A DNA stretch of 64,000 nt from contig LSRY02000008.1 in NCBI GenBank assembly GCA_001643675.2, positions 1,302,001 through 1,366,000 on the forward strand. The letters are read 5' to 3'. This document shows, one piece after another, positions 56,123 to 64,000 of this stretch (its first letter is position 1; each line of letters opens with the position of its first letter). The stretch comes from Monocercomonoides exilis PA203. Taxonomy: Eukaryota > Protista > Preaxostyla. The translations under genes and the position numbers were made by a program. The notes under the pieces are model-generated. The model worked only from the letters and a program-made list of their open reading frames with translations, ran no database searches and had not been told where the DNA came from.

Positions 56123-59100
56123 TGTGGTTGAAGGTGAGCATGCCTCATTTGCTGTTGATATGCTTAAAAATGTGAGTTGTGAGAAGGAAACAAGGGGAAT
56201 GAAGATTCATGAGAATAATTGGCAAAAAGAGGAGAAGTGCAACTCACACACAAAAATACTATCTTCGACGCTGTCTTCTCTTCCTCTGCCTCTTGGAGCA
56301 ATCTGGCAAAATATTTACTAAATTCAAAATCCCTCTTCCCGCCTCTTCCGCTGCTTCTCAAAGGGATATCCATAAGAAGAAAATCATCTTTCCCTTTTAT
56401 TCCTCTAAATCAAAATGAAATTCCAACATTCTTCATCATTCATCTTTCGACAAATCCTCTTTTTATCTTCGCTTCCCATTTCCTGTCTTCTTTCCACATT
56501 CCATTCGCATTTATCGCTTTTGAATAACCACACAAATGCTCCTATAATCATTAAATAATTGAGGGAAAAAATATAAATTAGTAATTAAATACGAAAGATA
56601 ATTTTTTAAAAACAAAACAAAATAAAATAAAAATATAACAAATAATAACAAACTATTTCATAATGAATTTTCTTCACACACTTTTTCTAATTCATCCTTT
56701 CTTCTTCATTTCCTTTTTTTTCCCCAAAATATCGTTCCTTTCTGTCAGCAAAATTCATTTATCCCGGCTACGTTTCTTTTCCACTTCTCCTAAATATTAA
56801 CAAAAGCTCAATCCTTGGTCCTGTTTCCACTTGAATAACTTCACGAACTCCATTCTATAAAAATGCAAGCAATGAAGAAGATTCCATCTGAAGAATCCTT
56901 TCCCATCCCTTGCCCAAATCTTCTTCTTTCCCCCAAATATCTTCCCCTCCAAAGATAATATATTCCATTAACCTCACTCATCTTCCGCCCCTCTGTTTCT
57001 TCTCACCCCATCTCCTCCACACCAAATTCCTTTTCTCAAATAATAAACACTGCCTCAACACCTTCCAACTCACAAAAATCGAAAAAACAACCCCTCAAAA
57101 TCCCATCCAAATCCATCTCCCGCACATCCATTTTGCCTTTTAAATATCACAAAAATACCTCTTTTCCACAAAAAATATTCTTTTATCGTTCCATTCCCCT
57201 TCGTAACCCTGCCCCTCCAAAAGCTCAGCTCCATCACTCCACACCACAAGTCCATCCTTTTGTTATCACATTGTCTTCATATGCCCATTCAGCCACAATG
57301 CGTCGAGTTGTGCCCCTTTTCTTTTGTGGCTCTAATTCGTTATGGAACATGATCAAGAAATGCCAAATGCTCAGAAACTGTCAACGGGGTCAGATTCCGA
57401 GGTTTAAACAAAGGCAGACTGACTAAATGAAATATTTCCAGTGAAAAGGTTGGGTATTACAAAAGAATATCTGCTTGATGGAAGATGAAATTGTTCATAT
57501 TGATTGATGGATGGCTGTGGAGCAACAATATTTTCGATGGAAATGTAGAATTTTCAATGTATGTATTTTATATTGTTCTATATGTTGTGAAGATATTTCC
57601 ATCCGTATCCTCTCCAAAGTCGTGATTCAGACGATTTATTTAAAATGGATAATTTATTCCATGCAGAGCAGAACAGCAGTGAAGTGAGACAAACATTATT
57701 TTACAAATATATTATTAGAGCCTGAATGTATTTTATCATAAATGTTTATGTGACTTATTTTGGACTCAACATGCGCGATGGATAGAAATGTGATGAAAAA
57801 TGAAATTTAATGATGCAGAAATCAACGGGGTTGAAAGACTTCCAAGGCCAAAAGGAAGAACAGCCAACTTCAATGAAAAGGGAACGTTTTTAAAAAGAGG
57901 AAGAGGACATTTTCATTTTTAAGTTTGTTGGGGCGATTGGGGCAGATGAGTGAAACAGGACATTGGAGGCAGCTAGAACAGAACAAGGCGCCTTTCTTGG
58001 AATGAGAAGGGCAAGACATTGATTTTATGCGCTGGGGGGAGCGATGGAACTGCTTTTCATTGCTTGGCTTGAGAGGCGAAAAAACGAGAAAAACGGACAG
58101 TTTTGCGTAATACAGGCAGCTGGAGGCAAATTACAGGTAAAATGGATTTGAGTCATTTGACCTTTGTCTTCAGCCTTCTATCATTGAAACGTTATTCACA
58201 AGAGCAGAGAACGAGGCCGTGATGCTGAGAATATCTTCTGTCAGAAGATGTATAGTATTCAAACTTGACAATAACATCATATTCACCATCTTTGTCATCT
58301 TCATCTCTGTCATTGCCATCATCGCTGTCATCATCATCATCTTCTTCTCCATCTTCATTTCCTTAATCGTCTTTATCTTCGAAGTCATTTTTTCATATGC
58401 ACCTCCTTGACAAATGAAATTACATAAATTTTATCCTTCTTGTCCATTATCATATTCTTCTTTATCTTCTTGGCCATTATCTTCTTCATATTTTTCATCT
58501 TCTTCATCTTCTTCATCTTCTTCATCTTCTTCCTCTTCGTCATCTCCTTCATCTTCTTCATCGAATTCTTCTCCGTCATTATTTTCAAATGCATCTCCCA
58601 ATAATTAAAATTTTATATAATTTTTCCCTTCTTGGTCATAATCATATTTGTCTTCTTCTTCTTCTTCTTCTTCCTTATATTCTTCTTCATTTTCCTCCAA
58701 GCCTTCATCGCCTTCATCGCCTTCATCACCTTCATCGCCTTCATCTCTTTTTTTTTCTTCATTTACTTCTTCAGATGACTTCTCTTACCGAGGAATTCCT
58801 TCATGATACGCGAACTCTTCAATTGTCAGTTGGGAAATTGTGAAAGGGAATGACGTGGCGATGCGTCTGCTGCTTGCATGCTGAAACGGCCTTTTTTTTC
58901 CTTCAGAAATGGACATTAATGGGGTAGCTGTTCTGGTGAGCGGTTGGCATGGTTTTTGCCATCAGAAAATTCTGTTGATTTTCGCGAAAAGAAAAACAGC
59001 AGCTGCAACCTCTTCACGTCGATGCACAACCACTTTGAAGATCGTTTTTAATTTGTCCAAGGCATTCTGCATCTTCATTTTCGTATCTTTGTGTTCGTTA

Positions 59101-59296
59101 TATTTGCATTGTAGCTGTCATTTAGATCCTTGCATTAATCAATTTGTTTGTCTTCTCCGCTGTGTCTGCTTCAGTTCCTTCGCATTCGCTGTGTTTTATG
59201 CCCTTCCATTTGTGACTTTCAGTTGTGTGCCGGAAATAGCAATGTGTGCAGAATCAAAGAAAATGGCTGGCAATAGATTTCATTGGCGCTATTGAA

Positions 59297-59351
59297 AGAC
59301 TTGACAGACTTGACGGACTTGACGGACTTGACGGACTTGACGGACTTGACG
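59297..59351 (+). repeat. 9-bp tandem repeat (GACTTGACG) x about 6
   Basis: Read directly from the sequence. Confidence 0.9.
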
Positions 59352-59458
59352 AGCTTGATTGACTTGATGGCTCTGAGAGGCGAGTGCTGCTGGAACATCT
59401 TGCCAAGCATTGTTGCTATTTTGGGGTTATTGTGCTTGACCAAACGAAGAAATGCCAA

Positions 59459-61597
59459 CTATCGTTGGTGAAACTGCTTTCTGAGAAGAAAAGGAAGAAG
59501 AGTCGAAAACAGCGCAGGAGGAGGCGATGAAGACAATGAAGTCGACGAAGAAGATGAAGAAGACGAAGTCAATGAAAATGACGACAATGACGACAATGAA
59601 GAAGAAGAAGGAGAAGATAGATCCGACTCAGAGAACAATGATTTTGAGACATTCATATCTGTTATCTCCACATCAACCATCGATAGCTGCGACAGCGGCA
59701 CCACAAACACTGACGACGACATCACATAGTTTCCTGAAGAAACACTCGTGGTGATCACAACATCCTCCAATGAGAGTGACCCACCCCCATCAGACACCAC
59801 AACCACGCTCGGCGAAGGACTTGAATTTGAATTGCAATCAACCTTCATGTGCAATAAACCAAGATGACCTGTTGACACGCTGAATAGCGTTCCTACCGAT
59901 GAAAGTGTTCCTGTTCCAATCGAGCTTTTATCTTTGCCTTTCCCAATGACTGAAATCTTCTTTTCTCCAATATCAATCGTTGTTGCCTCGCTCGTGTGAT
60001 TCCCTTCCATCAGCGTGATTGATGAGCTCAGCTCTTCCAAGCCCGTCTCCACTGCGTGTCCCACCGTCTTGCAAGGTGCTGACTCGCCCATTCCACACAG
60101 CCCACTCGAGTCCTTACCATTCACCCCCACAAACAGAACCTTCGACCATTCGTTCAGCCACACCTTTTTTGATGTTTGGTTATATGACCAAGCTTTTGCA
60201 CTTGCATAATTGTATGCATAGCACACTCTCTGATCATCTGTGTTTGTGGTGTAACATTCTTTGAACGGATTTCCTGATTTCAAATAGTGATTGTAATTGT
60301 CCAAGTATATCATGTCGTGACCATGTGGTGGATCACCCGAGCATTTGCATTCATGGAAGAAGAGGAAATAGCAATAAAGCCCATCAGCTGGTACAGTTTG
60401 CTTTATTGGCTCCAAATGAAATCCGCCTCCCCTGGTCGATGCGTTACACGAAATAAACCTGACGCTTCTAATCTTGAATTGATTGGGAACATTTTTGCAA
60501 AACATGCCTCCACCCCAATCGTTCGTAATTGAACATGAAGTGAAACTGCAGTCAAACACACACGCACTTTCCCCTCCTTCATTTTCTTCTCCAATACATC
60601 CTGTTCCTGAAACCTTGAAATCATTAAGATAAAGTCCTCCTCCAGCCTCATTTGATTTACAATTGAGAAATTCACATCTACTGATCCGAACACACGACGA
60701 AATCGTATAAACAAACATTCCTCCTCCATATCGATTTTGTCCTTCACAAGAATTAAAAAAACTGTGCTCAATCTCAACCGAACTGATTCCAAAACACATG
60801 ACCCCTCCTCCAGCATAATGAGCATAGCAATCATTGAATAAACAATGCGAAACTATCAGTTCTCCTGAATTGAGGTTATACATTCGAATTGCTCCACCAT
60901 TGGAAGCTTCATCGGCATAATCATCTTTGCTTCCATTAGCCTTCGATCCGTTCCATTCACACCAAGTGAATGAATTTGCTCCATTTTCTGTTTCGTTCTG
61001 CCTCCCTGGAGTCAACTTTCTGTCTGATGTTCCTTCGCAAACAACATTTCTTGTTCTGCAACATCCAACAAACGAGGTATTTGAGGCAGTCAAAGAGGCA
61101 AAGGGGTTGTTGAGGGAAGTGACAATTCCTCCATCATACGCATCACAAACTGATGAGAATGAGCAGCTACTCATAAAACATGAGGTTTGGGATGACGTTG
61201 TTGTTGAAGGTGAGCATGCCTCATTTGCTGTTGAGATGTTGAAAAATGTGAGTTTGGAGAGGGACATTAGGGGTATTGAAGGCGACGAGAGGAATGGGGC
61301 TGATGAGACACAAAAAGAAGAGAAGTGTGATTCACTCACCGAAATACTCCCTTCAATGCCTTCTCCTTCTCCTTCTCCTTCTCTTCCTCTTCCTCTTCCC
61401 ATTTCTCCTCCTTCTCCTCCTTTTTCTTCACCTCCACCCTTCTCCCCTCCATATCCCTTCCCTCCAAACAGCCTGCCTGAATAGATCTCTCCCCCACTTC
61501 TCCACCCCTTCAATGTAATGTTCGTCAACACCCCAATGCTCCCACTCAGATCAAATGCCCCTGCCTCAACATCCTTCCCCATCCCCATACCTAGCAC
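59459..61597 (-). CDS. Beta-helix family member G (712 aa; 5' end abuts AT-rich DNA at about 61590)
   Basis: N-terminal block resembles A, cap block resembles B, C-terminal block resembles E/F. Confidence 0.75.
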   Translation of the reverse strand: MLGMGMGKDVEAGAFDLSGSIGVLTNITLKGWRSGGEIYSGRLFGGKGYGGEKGGGEEKGGEGGEMGRGRGREGEGEGEGIEGSISVSESHFSSFCVSSAPFLSSPSIPLMSLSKLTFFNISTANEACSPSTTTSSQTSCFMSSCSFSSVCDAYDGGIVTSLNNPFASLTASNTSFVGCCRTRNVVCEGTSDRKLTPGRQNETENGANSFTWCEWNGSKANGSKDDYADEASNGGAIRMYNLNSGELIVSHCLFNDCYAHYAGGGVMCFGISSVEIEHSFFNSCEGQNRYGGGMFVYTISSCVRISRCEFLNCKSNEAGGGLYLNDFKVSGTGCIGEENEGGESACVFDCSFTSCSITNDWGGGMFCKNVPNQFKIRSVRFISCNASTRGGGFHLEPIKQTVPADGLYCYFLFFHECKCSGDPPHGHDMIYLDNYNHYLKSGNPFKECYTTNTDDQRVCYAYNYASAKAWSYNQTSKKVWLNEWSKVLFVGVNGKDSSGLCGMGESAPCKTVGHAVETGLEELSSSITLMEGNHTSEATTIDIGEKKISVIGKGKDKSSIGTGTLSSVGTLFSVSTGHLGLLHMKVDCNSNSSPSPSVVVVSDGGGSLSLEDVVITTSVSSGNYVMSSSVFVVPLSQLSMVDVEITDMNVSKSLFSESDLSSPSSSSLSSLSSFSLTSSSSSSSSTSLSSSPPPALFSTLLPFLLRKQFHQR

Positions 61598-62081
61598 TTG
61601 AATAACGTTGTTGAGTTTAAAATTTTGTGTATGTGCATGTTTTATTTTTCGTTTCGATGAATTTTTTTAAAAAGTTATTTTATCGTAAATATTGATTTAC
61701 TTTTTGTATTTTATGAAGAAAAATTGAAAAATAGTTGTTTGCTGAAAGTTTTTTATCGTAATACTAATATATTTTGAATCTTATAGAAAATTGAAAAAAA
61801 TAATAAAATCAACTTGATAATGCTTGAATTTTTTAAAATTAGTATTTCAATGAATATAAAATTGTAAAAAGAAAAATTAGTAAAAAATAACATTTTTATC
61901 ATAATTATTCCTTGAGGAACAAAATTGAGTATTTGTTTTAAAGATTTTTGATTAACATTTCAATAAAGAAAAAAATAATTTGTTCAAAAATAATTCGTTT
62001 TATTCATATATTAAGTCAAGAAATGAAAATTAATAACTTTGTATTAAAGCGTAAATACCACCAGTCCTCTAAAACTTATAT

Positions 62082-62320
62082 GGGTTATTCTTTTTGAAAA
62101 GTCGCAAATGTTTAATTCTCAAATAAATCAAAAATTTAATATTTTGTTCAAATTTCTGTTTCTGCTCACGAATCTTCTTTGGAATGAATAAAATAGCATT
62201 ATCCAGAAATAGATTCTATATAAGAGAAGTTTGTTGTATGTTTATAAAAATTTGAGCAATATATGAAATTTTTATTCATTTGAAAATTAAACATTTGCGA
62301 CTTTTCAAAAAGAATTACCC
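62082..62320. mobile_element. 239-bp MITE-like hairpin, GGG...CCC ends, about 75-bp imperfect terminal inverted repeats
   Basis: gggttattctttttgaaaagtcgcaaatgtttaattctcaaat...caaattt (62082-62155) pairs with 62248-62320. No clear target-site duplication. Confidence 0.65.
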
Positions 62321-62984
62321 ATATATTTTTTTAAAGTCAGAATACAAAATATAATTCAAATTCTTTTGATTTTCATAGAAACCGATAATGAATCTAAAAA
62401 GCATTTATATTGTTGAGATTGTTAAAGATTTTATTTTTGTTGATCCTTTTTGTAATTGATTATTTTTAATCATTCGTTCATTTTAACGATATTTATTGTT
62501 TTTATGTATTGTAATTTATTATTTATCCAACATTTGAAATAAAATAAAATACAACAATCAGTGAGTTTAAAAAATTATAATAATGTTTTTTATGTTTTCT
62601 TTCTTTTTCTTTTTCTTATTCTTTTTTTTTTCTTTTTCTTATTCTTTTCTCTTTTTCTTTTTTCTTTTTCTTTTTTCTTTTTCTTTTTCTTTATTTTTTA
62701 TTTTTTGATTTCATTTTAATGTTTTCTTTTCTTTTTTTATGTGCACCAAAAATGTATGGACGACTGAAATAAGTTAACTTCTTCACCATTTATTATTCAA
62801 ATTTGGTAAACATATTATTCGAAATTAGAAAACTGGGGTGATTATTTTTGAATTCATATTTTCTCTTACTTGAATTTCCATTTTAAAATTAACTTTGAAT
62901 ACTAATAAAAGAACACTGAAAAGTTATAATTTCTTTCAAAGAATGTTGGATAAAAAACTAAAATCCCAAACTTTGTCTTTTTAA

Positions 62985-63262
62985 ACGATTGGGGGAAAAT
63001 ACGGACTTTCAAGCTTTTTTTGCACAAAGCATGAAAAAATTATTTCATTTATAACATAATTAAACTTAATCAGATTTCAAATAAATTCGATTTTCATAAC
63101 TGGAAACAAACATCATTGATATAATAACATCATGTTTTGTGACATCAAACATATTTCAAAAAAATAAACACATTTATTTCGAAAATTTTGATCACAAAAA
63201 ATTCATATAAGTTGCATAATATTTCAATGAAAATGCCTGAAGTTAAATATTTTGTCCCAATT
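62985..63262 (-). repeat. Diverged inverted copy of the palindrome-1 spacer (about 20155-20430)
   Basis: Colinear matches: attgggggaaaat, ttcaagcttttt.tgcacaaagcatg, cagatttcaaa, tttcaatgaaaatgcctgaagt.aaatattttgtc. Confidence 0.85.
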
Positions 63263-63401
63263 GTCATGCTTTTTTCATTCGAATAAAAAATTCCTTTCCA
63301 AATTTATTGAACCTCCTGAGAATCAACACTCAGAAAAAAGTTATGATAACAAAAATAATCACACACTTCTTATTCAAAAATAATAAAATTGAGTATTTTT
63401 T

Positions 63402-64000
63402 GAAAAAAATTTTTTTTGAATTAAGCCTTCCATTGATTGAGTGTCGAAAAGTGATTAAAATATTATATTCCGTCAATATTCAAAATGCAGATGAGAAATT
63501 GAACCTTTAATTTTTTTATTTGTGAATAAACATGAAAATTTCCGATTTTTCAGAAAAAATTCATCATCATGGAAATCGGATTATCTTTGAATTATTTCAC
63601 CTCACATTGTCAGATTTCACATTACGCTATAAAGATATTATATTTTCATTTAAATATATCCAGAGGATCGATAAATACAAACTAAAAATTAAGAAAGTGC
63701 TTTTATTGACTTATTTGATTGTGCAAATTAAAAGTTTTCATGAACTTAATGATGCCAACAATATTTTTTTGAATGAATAATGTGAAATCTGACAATGTGA
63801 GGTGAAATAATTCAAAGATAATCCGATTTCCATGATGATGAATTTTTTCTGAAAAATCGGAAATTTTCATGTTTATTCACAAATAAAAAAATTAAAGGTT
63901 CAATTTCTCATCTGCATTTTGAATATTGACGGAATATAATATTTTAATCACTTTTCGACACTCAATCAATGGAAGGCTTAATTCAAAAAAAATTTTTTTC
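63402..64000. repeat. Palindrome 3: perfect arms 63402-63624 and 63778-64000 (continues past the window), 153-bp spacer
   Basis: 223 bp of exact reverse complementarity up to the last base of the window. Confidence 0.93.

Overview
AT-rich eukaryotic DNA read in the standard genetic code. The gene family, low-complexity tracts and DIRS element resemble an oxymonad or metamonad such as Monocercomonoides; this taxon call is inference. Inverted duplications dominate the window. Palindrome 1 is at least 40 kb (arms 1-20015 and 20434-40451). Palindrome 2 is about 6 kb (arms 49681-52593 and 52777-55686). A third perfect inverted repeat is centred near 63700 and runs off the right edge. Each arm of palindrome 1 carries a 4.3-kb DIRS-type tyrosine-recombinase retrotransposon (gag, RT-RNaseH-methyltransferase-like, YR, ITRs and ICR) and three members of a Cys/Gly-rich predicted beta-helix (GGA/GGG-FxxC repeat) surface-protein family. 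The window holds ten family copies in total. They are mosaics of each other, have fixed-length hypervariable loops, and show short templated-looking conversion tracts between otherwise identical arms. The most striking signal is a 23-bp motif, TTCTTTTTGAAAAGTCGCAAATG. It occurs as an inward-facing inverted pair at the centre of both large palindromes, and again in a stand-alone 239-bp GGG...CCC MITE-like hairpin. This suggests element-seeded palindrome formation feeding a gene-conversion-diversified adhesin/receptor repertoire.
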